Source: Acidimicrobiales bacterium
GTDB lineage: Bacteria > Actinomycetota > Acidimicrobiia > Acidimicrobiales > Aldehydirespiratoraceae
Length of the DNA: 64,000 bases
NCBI GenBank assembly: GCA_033344915.1
Contig: JAWPML010000001.1
Location: 1,048,369 to 1,112,368, forward strand
Direction: 5' to 3'
This document shows, one piece after another, positions 21,201 to 29,856 of this stretch. A program made the translations under genes and the position numbers. Each line of letters begins with the position of its first letter. The stretch's first letter is position 1. The notes under the pieces are model-generated. The model was not told where the DNA came from. It ran no database searches and saw nothing but the letters and a program-made list of their open reading frames with translations.

Positions 21201-21364
21201 CCGTGTTCCTCGCCGACGTGGAGGGCGAGGGTGACGCCACGCTGTCCTACGACACGCCGCTGTGGCGCCAGGGCGCCGCGGTGGTGCAGGTGCTCGGATT
21301 CCTGGTGGCGTTCGGGGCGTTGGCCCGGCGCCGTATCGGTGGTCGCAGTGAGGTCTCGGCGTGA
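18281..21364 (+). CDS. GT2 glycosyltransferase fused to a large polytopic membrane domain and a C-terminal extracytoplasmic domain
   Basis: The 1027-aa ORF has an N-terminal GT2 domain (SVLAVVVAHEPG.WFEETLDSLATQDY..LSVVVIDS...FIVFCHDDVVL...GGFDP.IPYRGEDIDLCWRAHLAGARV). From about residue 250 to about 720 there are many hydrophobic spans. A roughly 300-aa soluble tail follows. Confidence 0.85.
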   Translation: MADQTDTSRDATPSVLAVVVAHEPGAWFEETLDSLATQDYARLSVVVIDSAGDPTLGSRVHAALPSASVVDAPDTVGFSEAANAILDTGVAPAFIVFCHDDVVLASDAIRQLVTEALRSNAGIAGAKLVDWHDPMRLQHVSYVVDRFGVAADIIEPAELDQEQFDAVADVFAVPSACMLVNTQLFATLGGFDPGIPYRGEDIDLCWRAHLAGARVMIVPDARVRHRDDLYGRTGVDDIRRTRARHQLRTVLVTASRPSLLLTLPLLALLTLGEAAVALLAGRLSHVRDVFGAWSWNLRRIGEIRARRRRLRPLIRARHADVRALQETGSVRINAFVRGQIGRRRDDPQFAALIRTGTARIAAIVAALVALFVVFGSRTLVTDGIPAIGEFPSFGDTGALVGEWWDAWRHRDLGSPGTPRSGIAVIGALSWLLGGADGFVRLLWVLGPVVAGLAGAWRLLGVTGSRRAQIGSLVTYAIVPLPWVSIELASISGLYAYAAAPWVLGALLHAQAASPYRSTAGPWRGVVPVGLGLGLTLALTALFAPVAITIVVPVLGGLLVASLLTGQMRGTLRLLAVLGLGAATLILLALPAFLDQVAAGLAWAPFVGGRTDGPTDLALVDIVGFGLGTDGVAILTLALVVPMALPLLVGRSWRFALAVRGWLVALVSWGLVWAASWGALPFALPRPAVLLAPAAAGVALLAGAAVAVAENDMRAAGFGWRQALLPLGVVAAILATLPTLALAESGRWEMPRGDFTDTLPLADPATDGSYRVLWLAAPDHLPAEGHALDDSLAWVLTLDGLPLIGDAGLPADEGAVDLVDGVIRTAVSGETMRLGRTLGAFGIRYVVILDRLAPAPFSATGTPPAPALEEVLSRQLDLQQLEGINSAVSLYVNTEWTSVRAAGAPGFDAGRDDLSDLAVDPLQGTLGVLAGRATELQGRLPETTELYLAQSNDTRWRLVVDGERTGRRHAVGFATVFLADVEGEGDATLSYDTPLWRQGAAVVQVLGFLVAFGALARRRIGGRSEVSA

Positions 21365-22770
21365 AGACCCTGCGCATCCTCATCGTCACCCTCGTCGTCG
21401 GCGCGCTCGCCGGCGCGTTCCTGGTGGATCAGGGAGATCGCCCGGACCCGGATCGGGTGGTGTCCGGCGCCGATCTCGCCGCGTCGGCCGACACGTCGGT
21501 GTGGTTCTGTCCCGGGGGATCGGCCCCCGGTGGCGTCGCCGAGGTCGGCATCGACCTCATCAACGTCGGTACGGACACCGCCCGGGCGCAGGTCTTCGGC
21601 CTCCGAAACGGAGACGGCGAACCGGGACGGGACCAGATCGACACCCTCGCCCCGGGGGAGCGTCGTCTCGTGCGGCTCGCCGACCTCGTGGACGACTCGG
21701 CGTGGATGGGAGCGGTCGTCGAGGTCACCGCGGGATCGATGGTCGTCGAGCAGGCCTACATCGGCGCCAACACCGACTCGGACCGTTCGCCCTGTCACAC
21801 CCGGACGGGACGGTCCTGGGTGGTCGCGAGCGGTCGCACCCGTGCCGCCGAGCCGTTCGGTGAGTCCGAGACCATCCTCGTGCTCAACCCCTTCCTCGAC
21901 GATGCGGTCCTCGACGTCCACTTCGACGCTGACGTGGGTCTCGACTCGCTGACCGGTGTCGTCGCCCCGGCCCGCCGGGTGACGGTCATCGAGGTCACCG
22001 AGGAGGTCACGGTCGCGAGCCGCGTGAGCGCGGTGATCGACGTCGTCGCCGGTCAGGTCGCGGTGTCTCGTGTCCAGACCATCGGCGGCGAGGAGCAGGT
22101 GGGGCTCGCGGTCACCCCCGCGTCGAACGGCCTCGCGCCGGTCTGGGTGCTGCCCGAGGTGAGTCGGGCGAACCGCAACGACATCATCAGCGTCGTGAAT
22201 CCGTCGCCCGACCAGGAGGCGAAGGTCGACCTGGAGATCGTGGCCGACGGCACGCTCTCGTTCGATCCCATCGAGCTCACCCTGCGACCCGGTCGTACCG
22301 TCACGGTGGATCTCGCCGCGGAGACCCGACTCGACGGGGTCGAATCCATGGCGATCGTCGCCCGATCGCTCTCCGGTGTGCCGGTCGCGGTGATGAACGA
22401 GAGCCTGCTGCCGTTCGGCGACGGTCGGGTGTCGAACCTGTCCGCGATGGTGGGTACGGACCGCATCGCGACGCGCTGGATCGCACCGATCGAGAACGAC
22501 GAGGGCGGGGTCATCCTCTACAACCCGACGGACGGCATCGTCACCGCCTCCGTCTACGAGTTGGTCGATGGCGAGCCGACGTTCGTCGTCGACGTCGAAC
22601 TCGGCGAACTCCGGCGAACGGTCGTGGCCGCTTCGTCGTTCTCGACGGACCGTCCGGTCGTCGTCATCGAGTCCCCCACGCCGATCGCGGTCGGCCGCCT
22701 CCTGGCGGGGGTCTCCGTGCACGCCCAACTGATCGCCATCCCGACGGACGGCATCGAGCTGCTCGACTAG
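21361..22770 (+). CDS. DUF5719-like exported/anchored protein
   Basis: The 469-aa ORF has an N-terminal signal/anchor (MKTLRILIVTLVVGALAGAFLV) followed by a beta-rich sequence (SVWFCPGGSAPGG...IDLINVG.). The family call is from memory of the conserved partner of the GT2-membrane gene. Its GTG overlaps the upstream TGA (GTGA at 21361-21364). Confidence 0.65.
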   Translation: MKTLRILIVTLVVGALAGAFLVDQGDRPDPDRVVSGADLAASADTSVWFCPGGSAPGGVAEVGIDLINVGTDTARAQVFGLRNGDGEPGRDQIDTLAPGERRLVRLADLVDDSAWMGAVVEVTAGSMVVEQAYIGANTDSDRSPCHTRTGRSWVVASGRTRAAEPFGESETILVLNPFLDDAVLDVHFDADVGLDSLTGVVAPARRVTVIEVTEEVTVASRVSAVIDVVAGQVAVSRVQTIGGEEQVGLAVTPASNGLAPVWVLPEVSRANRNDIISVVNPSPDQEAKVDLEIVADGTLSFDPIELTLRPGRTVTVDLAAETRLDGVESMAIVARSLSGVPVAVMNESLLPFGDGRVSNLSAMVGTDRIATRWIAPIENDEGGVILYNPTDGIVTASVYELVDGEPTFVVDVELGELRRTVVAASSFSTDRPVVVIESPTPIAVGRLLAGVSVHAQLIAIPTDGIELLD

Positions 22771-23213
22771 ATCTCGCCGGTGTGGCAGTCGGGCGGCACC
22801 GAGCCCGGCTCCCGGACGTCGGCCATCGCGGCCCAGAGATCGGTGGCGGTCGTCGGGCCGAGGAAGGCTCGTCGCACGGCGCCGGTCTCGTCGGCGATGA
22901 CGAGGGTCGGCACGCCGTCGATCCGGTACTTCTCGTGGACGTCCTTCGCCGCGCCGACCTCCAGTTCCACGACGGCGACATGGGGACTCTCGAGATGACG
23001 GGCCCGGTCCCAGACACCGGCGCAGGTGTTGCACGTGGCCGACGTGAAGACCGCCACGAGCCATGCCGCGTCGGGGCGGGGGAAGTCGGCCCGGTCGAGC
23101 TGGCTCGGGATGTGGTGGGTGTTCGCCGCGGGCGCAGCCGTGCGTCGGCCGACGAGTGCTGCCACCAACCCGGCGATCGCCACCCCGCCGAGGACGAGGA
23201 GGACGCGATCCAT
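22767..23213 (-). CDS. membrane-anchored thioredoxin-fold protein with a CNTC motif
   Basis: This is the C-terminal 148 aa of track ORF 22767..23687: MDRVLLVLGGVAIAGLVAALVG (TM)...WLVAVFTSATCNTCAGVW...YRIDGVPTLVIAD. It starts 2 nt after the ftsH stop, so it is probably co-transcribed. Confidence 0.6.
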   Translation of the reverse strand: MDRVLLVLGGVAIAGLVAALVGRRTAAPAANTHHIPSQLDRADFPRPDAAWLVAVFTSATCNTCAGVWDRARHLESPHVAVVELEVGAAKDVHEKYRIDGVPTLVIADETGAVRRAFLGPTTATDLWAAMADVREPGSVPPDCHTGEI

Positions 23214-23215
23214 GA

Positions 23216-25135
23216 TCAGGCGTCGTCGACTTCGGCGAGGTCGGCCGGCTCGGCGCTGGCGATCGGGCCGGAGCGGGCGACGTCGATCAGCCGCTTCACC
23301 TCGCTGCCGGTGATCGTCTCGTGCTCGAGCAACGCCCGGGCGACCAGGTCGAGACTGGTTCGGTACTCGGTCAGCAGATCGCGGCAGTGCTCCTCCGATT
23401 CGAGGAGGATGCGCCGGATCTCGTCGTCCACGAGCTTCTGGGTGGCGGGCGAGTGGTTGCGCGACTGCATCATGTCCTCGCCGAGGAACACCGGATTGTT
23501 GTCGGACAGCGACACCGGGCCGACGGCCTCGCTCATGCCCCATTCGGTGACCATGTGGCGGGCGAGATTGGTCGCCTGGCGGAGGTCGTCGGCGGCCCCC
23601 GACGAGAACTCGTCGAAGACGAGTGCTTCGGCGACGCGGCCGCCCATGGCCATGATCATGCGCGCTTCGAGCTCCGCCTTGTCCCACCCGTGGCGATCGC
23701 CGCTCGGGAGGGTCATCGTGACGCCGAGCGCCATGCCCGACGGGATGATCGTGACCTTGTGGACGGGGTCGTTCGCCTCCATCACGCTGGCGACGAGCGC
23801 ATGCCCGGCCTCGTGGTAGGCGGTGCGCTCGAGCTCGTCGGGGGTGCGGACCATCGACTGACGCTCGATGCCGAGCAGGGCGCGGTCGCGGGCGAGGTCG
23901 AAGTCCTCGGCGGTGACGACGTCGCGCCCGTGGCGCACGGCGAAGAGGGCGGCCTCGTTGACGAGGTTGGCCAGGTCGGCGCCGCTCATGCCCGGGCTGC
24001 CCCGGGCGATGACGTTGACGTCGACGTCGTCGGCCGTGCGCTTGCCCTTGAGATGGACGCCGAGGATCTTCACCCGATCCTCGAGCTCGGGGAGCGGCAC
24101 GATCACCTGGCGGTCGAAGCGACCCGGGCGAAGCAGAGCCGGATCGAGGATGTCCGGCCGGTTCGTGGCCGCCATCATCACGATGCCTTCGGTGGCTTCG
24201 AAGCCGTCCATCTCGGCGAGCATCTGGTTGAGGGTCTGCTCGCGTTCGTCGTGGCCACCGCCGAGGCCGGCACCACGTTTGCGACCGATGGAGTCGATCT
24301 CGTCGATGAAGATGATCGCCTTGCCCATCTTGCGGGCCGACTCGAACAGGTCGCGGACGCGGCTGGCGCCCACGCCGACGAACATCTCCATGAAGTCGGA
24401 GCCGGTGACGCTGAGGAACGGGACGCCGGCCTCGCCGGCGACCGCCTTCGCGATGAGGGTCTTGCCGGTGCCGGGTGGGCCGACGAGCAGGACGCCCTTG
24501 GGGATGCGGGCCCCGATCGCGGCGAAGCGGTCGGGGTTCTTCAGGAAATCGACGACCTCGGTGATCTCCTGCTTCACGCCCTCGTAGCCGGCGACGTCCT
24601 CGAACGTGGTGCCGGGGCGTTCGGTGGAGTACGTCTTCGCCTTGCTGCGACCGATGGACATGATGTTGCCCATCTGTCCCTGGGCGCGGCGCTGCATCCA
24701 GATGAAGAACAGGATGAGCAGGCTGACGGGGATCAGCAGGGGAAGGATCGACGCCCAGAAGCTCGGCTGGGGGGTCTTGAACTCGAGGGTGGTCTCCGCC
24801 CGGATGAGGGCGACGTCCTCCTCGGGGAGCGGGGTCGGGCCCACCGTCTTGAACTCACCGGTGATGGTGGTGAAGTCGATGCCACCGTTGGTGTTGTCGT
24901 AGGTGGCTTCCTGGACCTCGCCGCGGGTGACCCGCTGCAGGAAGTCGGAGTAGTCGACCGATTCGCGGTCGTCGCCGGGCAGGAACGCGGTGACCGCGAG
25001 CACGGCGAAGACCATGCCCAGGAGGATCCAGATGGCGTAGCGCGACCATCCCTGGTTCTCGGTACGCGCGGCTCCTCCCGGTTTCTCGCGGTCGCGAGGC
25101 GGCGGGGGAGGGGGAGGGGGAGGGTTTGACGCCAT
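23216..25135 (-). CDS. ftsH: ATP-dependent zinc metalloprotease FtsH
   Basis: [19 protein letters not shown].., two TM spans, Walker [28 protein letters not shown], Walker [13 protein letters not shown], and the HEAGHA zinc motif. The start was chosen at the ATG at 25135; the 43 upstream codons of the track ORF look non-coding. Confidence 0.97.
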   Translation of the reverse strand: MASNPPPPPPPPPRDREKPGGAARTENQGWSRYAIWILLGMVFAVLAVTAFLPGDDRESVDYSDFLQRVTRGEVQEATYDNTNGGIDFTTITGEFKTVGPTPLPEEDVALIRAETTLEFKTPQPSFWASILPLLIPVSLLILFFIWMQRRAQGQMGNIMSIGRSKAKTYSTERPGTTFEDVAGYEGVKQEITEVVDFLKNPDRFAAIGARIPKGVLLVGPPGTGKTLIAKAVAGEAGVPFLSVTGSDFMEMFVGVGASRVRDLFESARKMGKAIIFIDEIDSIGRKRGAGLGGGHDEREQTLNQMLAEMDGFEATEGIVMMAATNRPDILDPALLRPGRFDRQVIVPLPELEDRVKILGVHLKGKRTADDVDVNVIARGSPGMSGADLANLVNEAALFAVRHGRDVVTAEDFDLARDRALLGIERQSMVRTPDELERTAYHEAGHALVASVMEANDPVHKVTIIPSGMALGVTMTLPSGDRHGWDKAELEARMIMAMGGRVAEALVFDEFSSGAADDLRQATNLARHMVTEWGMSEAVGPVSLSDNNPVFLGEDMMQSRNHSPATQKLVDDEIRRILLESEEHCRDLLTEYRTSLDLVARALLEHETITGSEVKRLIDVARSGPIASAEPADLAEVDDA

Positions 25136-25208
25136 GAAGAGAGGGTAGACCTGCGCGGGGGCTGATCGGTCGCAGTGATCCCCGTGTCGTCCTCCATCGG
25201 CCGGTACG

Positions 25209-25445
25209 GTGCCGATCGTGAACCGTCGCTGTGCTCGTCCCGGCTGTGGCCGCCCGGCCACCACGACCCTCTCCTACGCCTACGCGCAACGCACCGTGTG
25301 GCTCGACGATCTCCATCCGGAGGATTCGCCCGCCAACCACGATCTGTGCGGTGACCACGCCGATCGCACCCAGCCCCCGAAGGGCTGGGACATGAGTGAT
25401 CGACGGGTCGCCGAGCCGGTGCACCGCCTCCGCTACGCGGGCTAG
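25209..25445 (+). CDS. DUF3499-like small zinc-ribbon protein
   Basis: 78 aa: MPIVNRRCARPGCGRPATTTLSYAYAQRTVWLDDL.....HDLCGDHADR..PPKGW. The family is recalled from the conserved actinobacterial pmm/manA neighbourhood. It is divergent from ftsH. Confidence 0.7.
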   Translation: MPIVNRRCARPGCGRPATTTLSYAYAQRTVWLDDLHPEDSPANHDLCGDHADRTQPPKGWDMSDRRVAEPVHRLRYAG

Positions 25446-26251
25446 TGGCCGCCTCGTCGGCGCCGCCGTCACCCGTCGCCGACCCCCGTTGGCGCATTGT
25501 CCTCGCGCTCGGCGCCCTGTTCGGCGGGATCGCCCTCACGATCCTCGTCGCCGGAACGATCATCGCGGCCGGTGGATGGGACCCCGACGTGTCGTCGAGT
25601 GCCGGCGCGGACTTCGGCCGGGTCGTGGGTCAGTGGGGGAGCGGGCTGGATCTCGACCACAACCGGGTGCCCCTCGTCGCGCTCGTTCTCGCCAACCTTC
25701 CGCTGTGGGCGACGTTCATCGGCGTGCCGCTGTGGGCGCGCCGCCGGGGCCTCGACTGGCGACGTGATCTCCGCTGGTCGATGCGGCCCGTCGACGTGCC
25801 GATCGGCATCGGCCTCGGCGTGCTGACCCAGCTCGTCCTCGTCCCCCTGCTCTACGTCCCGATCCTCCGATCGGTCGACCCCGACGAGCTCGAGCGCCCC
25901 GCCCGGGAGCTGATCGCCGGGGCGACCACGCCCATCGCCGTCGTCGCCCTCGTGCTCTTCACGGTGGTCGCCGCCCCCCTCTGCGAGGAGGTGCTCTTCC
26001 GGGGCCTGCTCTTCCGCGGGATCCTCGAGATGGAGGCGAACAACCGGTTCGCCCTCGTCCTGGCCGTGCTGGTCTCGTCGGCCATCTTCGCGATCTCGCA
26101 CCTCCAGGTCCTCCAGTTCCCCGGGTTGCTGCTCATCGGTGCGGTGGCCGCGCTCGCGATGCACCGGACGGGTCGCCTGGCGACGGCCATCTGGACCCAC
26201 GCCGCGTTCAACGCGACCACCGTCGTGCTCCTGCTGCCAGAGATCTACTGA
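25445..26251 (+). CDS. CPBP family intramembrane glutamic endopeptidase (CAAX/Abi type)
   Basis: Multi-TM protein with PLCEEVLFRGLLF (the EExxxR motif), then FAISH and TAIWTHAAFN. Its GTG overlaps the DUF3499 TAG (TAGTG at 25443-25447). Confidence 0.8.
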   Translation: MAASSAPPSPVADPRWRIVLALGALFGGIALTILVAGTIIAAGGWDPDVSSSAGADFGRVVGQWGSGLDLDHNRVPLVALVLANLPLWATFIGVPLWARRRGLDWRRDLRWSMRPVDVPIGIGLGVLTQLVLVPLLYVPILRSVDPDELERPARELIAGATTPIAVVALVLFTVVAAPLCEEVLFRGLLFRGILEMEANNRFALVLAVLVSSAIFAISHLQVLQFPGLLLIGAVAALAMHRTGRLATAIWTHAAFNATTVVLLLPEIY

Positions 26252-26357
26252 CCGCAGTCGTTTCGACCACTCATCGTGAGTTTTTCGCCCCCGACCCCTC
26301 AATCCACCACGCCGTGCGCCGAAGGAGCGGCAGACGACTACGTGGGGAACGAATCAG

Positions 26358-26558
26358 ATGTCGACGTCGGAATGCCCAGCCTGCAGCTCACCGTTGGTGA
26401 CCATCACGATCAACGTCGGCGCCGGCGAACGGACGCTGTGCAGCTGCGCGAAGTGCGATCGCCGCTGGTGGCAGGTCGACGGCCGGCTGACCACCCTCGA
26501 CGGCGTGATCCACGAACTCGGCGAGCCCGAGGCGCCGCGCACGCGCTACCGCCGCTGA
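26358..26558 (+). CDS. small Cys-rich (zinc-ribbon-like) hypothetical protein
   Basis: 66 aa: MSTSECPACSSPLVTITINVGAGERTLCSCAKCDRRWWQVDGRLTTLDGVIHELGEPEAPRTRYRR. The Cys pattern is CxxC...CxCxxC, and third codon positions are GC-rich. I recognise no family. Confidence 0.45.
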   Translation: MSTSECPACSSPLVTITINVGAGERTLCSCAKCDRRWWQVDGRLTTLDGVIHELGEPEAPRTRYRR

Positions 26559-26622
26559 CCCGGCGCCCGCCCCGCCGGGCGTCACCGCCAGCCCGTTGCC
26601 GGGTGGCAGCATGGAGGCCGTC

Positions 26623-29600
26623 ATGATGCCGGACCTCCGTCGCCGACTGTTCGCCGATCGGCGACGGATCTTCACCGTCGCCATCGTCGGCCTGTCGACC
26701 CTCTTCGTCGTCTGGGTCATGTCGCCGTGGGCGTGGTTCGTCGACTCCACCCCGACCGGCGGCGACATGGGCGCCCACGTCTGGTCACCCAAGTTCCTCC
26801 GCGAGGAGCTGCTGCCGAACTTCCGGCTGACCGGCTGGTCGCCGGACTGGTACGCCGGCTTCCCCGCGTTCACCTTCTACATGATCATCCCGTCGCTCGC
26901 GATCGTGATGGTGAACATCGGGATCGAGATCGACGCGCTCGGCATCGACAGCGACTTCTACTCCTTCGTGGCGATGGTCCTGGTCGCCCACGAGCTGCCC
27001 CGTCGGCTCGGCTACGACGGCCGGATCCGCGCCATCACGATGGTCTTCGCCGCCGCGCTCAACCTGGCGATGTCGTGGCAGTGGTCCGGCCGCACGGTCG
27101 ACTTCCGCGTGCTCTTCGAGCCGTTCACCTACAACGACGCGTCGGTGGACCTGGCGCTCTCGGCCATCGCGCTGCCGCTCGCGGTGGCGAGTCTCGTGTC
27201 CCATGTGGCCCGTCGGTTGCCCGCCCGCCATCGTGCGCTGGTGGTGACCGTCGCGGTCGTCGCGACGATCCTCGTGGTCCCTGTGCCCTACGGCGTGGCG
27301 ATGAAGCTGATCGCCATCTCGGGGGTCATCACCCTCCCGCTCGCCGCCTTCGCCGCCGGTCGACTCGGGGGGCTCGCCTATCCGGGCCCCGCGCTCATGG
27401 CCGTGATGACCCTGCCGTTCCTGTTCGACCGGTCGTTCAACATCTACGGCGGCAACATCATGTCGACGATGGCGGGAGAGTTCGCCTACTCGATGGGCCT
27501 CTCGATCGCCGTGCTCTACATCGGCGTCGCCGCCCGCAGCATCGAGACCGGCCGACAGCGCATGCTCGCGGCGTCGCTGCTCGCCTTCGCCGGGCTCACC
27601 CACCTGTTCGCCGCGTTCTTCGCGCTGGTGGCGACGGTCGCCTTCGTCCTGCTGCGACCCGGCAAGCGCGAGATCAGCTGGCTCGCCGTGGTCGGTCCCG
27701 TCGCCGGCATGCTGGCGGCCTTCTGGGTCCTGCCGTTCTTCTGGAACCGCGCCTATCTCAACGACATGGGGTGGGGCAAGGAACGCGACTATGTCGGGGG
27801 TCTCTGGGACCGGGCCGACAACTTCGGCGGCCACCCGTTCCTCACGAACCAGCTGCCCCTCCAGGTGTTCGTCGTCCTGGCCGTGCTCGGCGCGGTGATC
27901 TGCGGCATCCGCCGGGTACGTCTCGGCATGGCGCTGGCCCTCACCGCGTCGATGTTCGCCGCCGCATTCATCCTGCTTCCCGAGACCCGCCTCTGGAACG
28001 TGCGGATCCTGCCCTTCTACTACCTGTGCGTGTACTTCCTCGCCGGCCTCGCGGTGTCGGAAACCGCTCGCATGGTGGCCGACTTCCTGCGTTCGCCGGA
28101 CGACGTCCGAGACCGGCGACCGGCATGGACGGCCGGCATACCGGCCGTGGGCGCCACCCTCGTGCTGCTGATCGTCATCGCCTTCCCGGTCCGCTCGGTG
28201 CCCGGCGCCGACCTCTACATCACCGACGACGGCATCCAGGAGTACGGGTTCGAGGCGCTCGGCGAGCTCGGCACCTCGCAGCTCAACCTCGGTCCGGGGT
28301 GGATGCGCTACAACTTCACCGGCTACGAGGCCCGCACCGCGACGACCGACGGTGGCGGCTATGCCGAGTACAGCCGGCTCGTGGCCACGATGGATCGCAT
28401 CGGCGAGCAGTTCGGCTGTGGGCAGTCGCTGTGGGAGTACGAGGGTGACCGGCTCAGCAGCTACGGCACGCCCATGGCGCCGATGCTCCTGCCCCACTGG
28501 ACGGACGGCTGCATCGGGTCGATGGAGGGCCTCTACTTCGAGGCATCGGCCAGCACGCCCTACCACTTCCTGCTCCAATCGGAGTTGTCGCTGGGGCCGT
28601 CGCGGGCGATGCGGGACATGCCCTACTCGTCGCTCGACGTCGAGAAGGGGGTCGAGGGACTGCGGACGATGGGCGTGCGCTACTACATGGCGTCCACCGA
28701 GGCCGCGATCAGCCAGGCCCGGGAGGTCGACGGACTCACGGAGATCGCGAACAGCGGGCCCTGGGTCGTGTTCCTGGTCGCCGACCAGGCGTTGGTCGAG
28801 GGGCTCGACCATCTGCCGGTCGTCGTCGAGGGTGCCGACCTGGGTGGCGAGGAGTGGCTCGTCCCGACGGTCGCGTGGTGGGAGAGCGGCCACGACACAC
28901 CGCTGGTCGCCGCCGACGGGCCGGATTCCTGGCCGCGGTCGTCCTACGAGGATCTCGTCGACGAGGATCCGGCGCTCGAGGCCGCGGTGATGCTCGACGA
29001 CCGGGTCGGCGAGATGCGCCGACTCGCGGAGCTGAGCGATCAGTGGTTGGGCCGCGTCGACACCACCGCGGTGGCCCAGGTGACCAACGTCGACACCGAC
29101 ACCGCCCGCATCTCCTTCGACGTCGACCAGATCGGCCTGCCGGTCCTCGTGCGGGCGAGCTACTTCCCCAACTGGGAGGTCAGCGGGGCCGAGGGCCCCT
29201 ACCGGGTCGCGCCGAACCTCATGGTCGTCGTGCCGACCGACACCTCGGTCGAGCTCACCTATGGGCGCTCGGGGGTCGAGATCGTGTCGATGGGGTTGAC
29301 CCTCCTCGGCATCGTGATCGCCTTCTCGACGCGCCGGATCGGGCGCAGTCGCGCCTTCCTCGCCGTGCGGGGTCGCATCGGTGCCGTTGCCGGCGCGGTC
29401 GCCCGCCTGATCTCACCGCTGCGGGGCCGCGACGCCCTGTGGGACGCGCCCCGTGGGGTGGCATTGCCGGACCGAGACGACGTGCTCGACGACGTGCGCG
29501 CCGGGGTGATCGGCGCGAGTGCGATCGCGGAGCTGAGCGACGACGTGGCCGAGCACCGTCGGCGGGGCATCCGCTCGCTCGGTGTCGCGCTGGTCCTCGC

Positions 29601-29856
29601 CGGCATCGGACTCCTCTACTGGCTGTGGTCGCTGGGCAGCGACGACCGCATCCCGGGCGGCGACAAGCCGTTGGCGTCGCTCCTCCAGTTCACCCCGCTC
29701 GCCGTCGCCGTGGTCCTCGTCCTCTTCGGCGCCCTGCCGACCCTGTTCGAGGCGCTGCGCTTCGAGGGCTCCGTCCTGCGGCCTGCCCGGCTGCTGGCCG
29801 ATGTCGTGAACGCCGACGAGCGCACCCGTCCGCTCTCCGACGAAACGCGGGCGTGA
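26623..29856 (+). CDS. YfhO-like GT-C fold membrane glycosyltransferase candidate with an extra C-terminal 3-TM extension
   Basis: There are about 13 N-terminal hydrophobic spans carrying GGDMGAHVWSPKFLREELLPNFRLTGWSPDWYAGFPAFTFY. A soluble domain of about 350 aa follows, then a YfhO-type end motif RASYFPNWEVSGAEGPYRVAPNLMVVVPTDTSVELTYGRS, then about 190 aa with 3 more TM spans. The start was chosen at ATG 26623 (GGAGG 5 nt upstream); TTG 26596 and ATG 26611 are alternatives. Confidence 0.75.
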   Translation: MMPDLRRRLFADRRRIFTVAIVGLSTLFVVWVMSPWAWFVDSTPTGGDMGAHVWSPKFLREELLPNFRLTGWSPDWYAGFPAFTFYMIIPSLAIVMVNIGIEIDALGIDSDFYSFVAMVLVAHELPRRLGYDGRIRAITMVFAAALNLAMSWQWSGRTVDFRVLFEPFTYNDASVDLALSAIALPLAVASLVSHVARRLPARHRALVVTVAVVATILVVPVPYGVAMKLIAISGVITLPLAAFAAGRLGGLAYPGPALMAVMTLPFLFDRSFNIYGGNIMSTMAGEFAYSMGLSIAVLYIGVAARSIETGRQRMLAASLLAFAGLTHLFAAFFALVATVAFVLLRPGKREISWLAVVGPVAGMLAAFWVLPFFWNRAYLNDMGWGKERDYVGGLWDRADNFGGHPFLTNQLPLQVFVVLAVLGAVICGIRRVRLGMALALTASMFAAAFILLPETRLWNVRILPFYYLCVYFLAGLAVSETARMVADFLRSPDDVRDRRPAWTAGIPAVGATLVLLIVIAFPVRSVPGADLYITDDGIQEYGFEALGELGTSQLNLGPGWMRYNFTGYEARTATTDGGGYAEYSRLVATMDRIGEQFGCGQSLWEYEGDRLSSYGTPMAPMLLPHWTDGCIGSMEGLYFEASASTPYHFLLQSELSLGPSRAMRDMPYSSLDVEKGVEGLRTMGVRYYMASTEAAISQAREVDGLTEIANSGPWVVFLVADQALVEGLDHLPVVVEGADLGGEEWLVPTVAWWESGHDTPLVAADGPDSWPRSSYEDLVDEDPALEAAVMLDDRVGEMRRLAELSDQWLGRVDTTAVAQVTNVDTDTARISFDVDQIGLPVLVRASYFPNWEVSGAEGPYRVAPNLMVVVPTDTSVELTYGRSGVEIVSMGLTLLGIVIAFSTRRIGRSRAFLAVRGRIGAVAGAVARLISPLRGRDALWDAPRGVALPDRDDVLDDVRAGVIGASAIAELSDDVAEHRRRGIRSLGVALVLAGIGLLYWLWSLGSDDRIPGGDKPLASLLQFTPLAVAVVLVLFGALPTLFEALRFEGSVLRPARLLADVVNADERTRPLSDETRA

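Noticed and set aside
25209-26558. Expected a WhiB-family gene near cofD/pmm, as in the mycobacterial synteny. I considered the 78-aa and 66-aa Cys-containing ORFs.
   Set aside because: Neither has the WhiB Cys spacing (C-x14-22-C-x2-C-x5-C) nor the G[VI]WGG turn with a basic tail. The 78-aa protein matches the DUF3499 pattern instead, and the 66-aa protein is left as an unassigned zinc-ribbon-like ORF.
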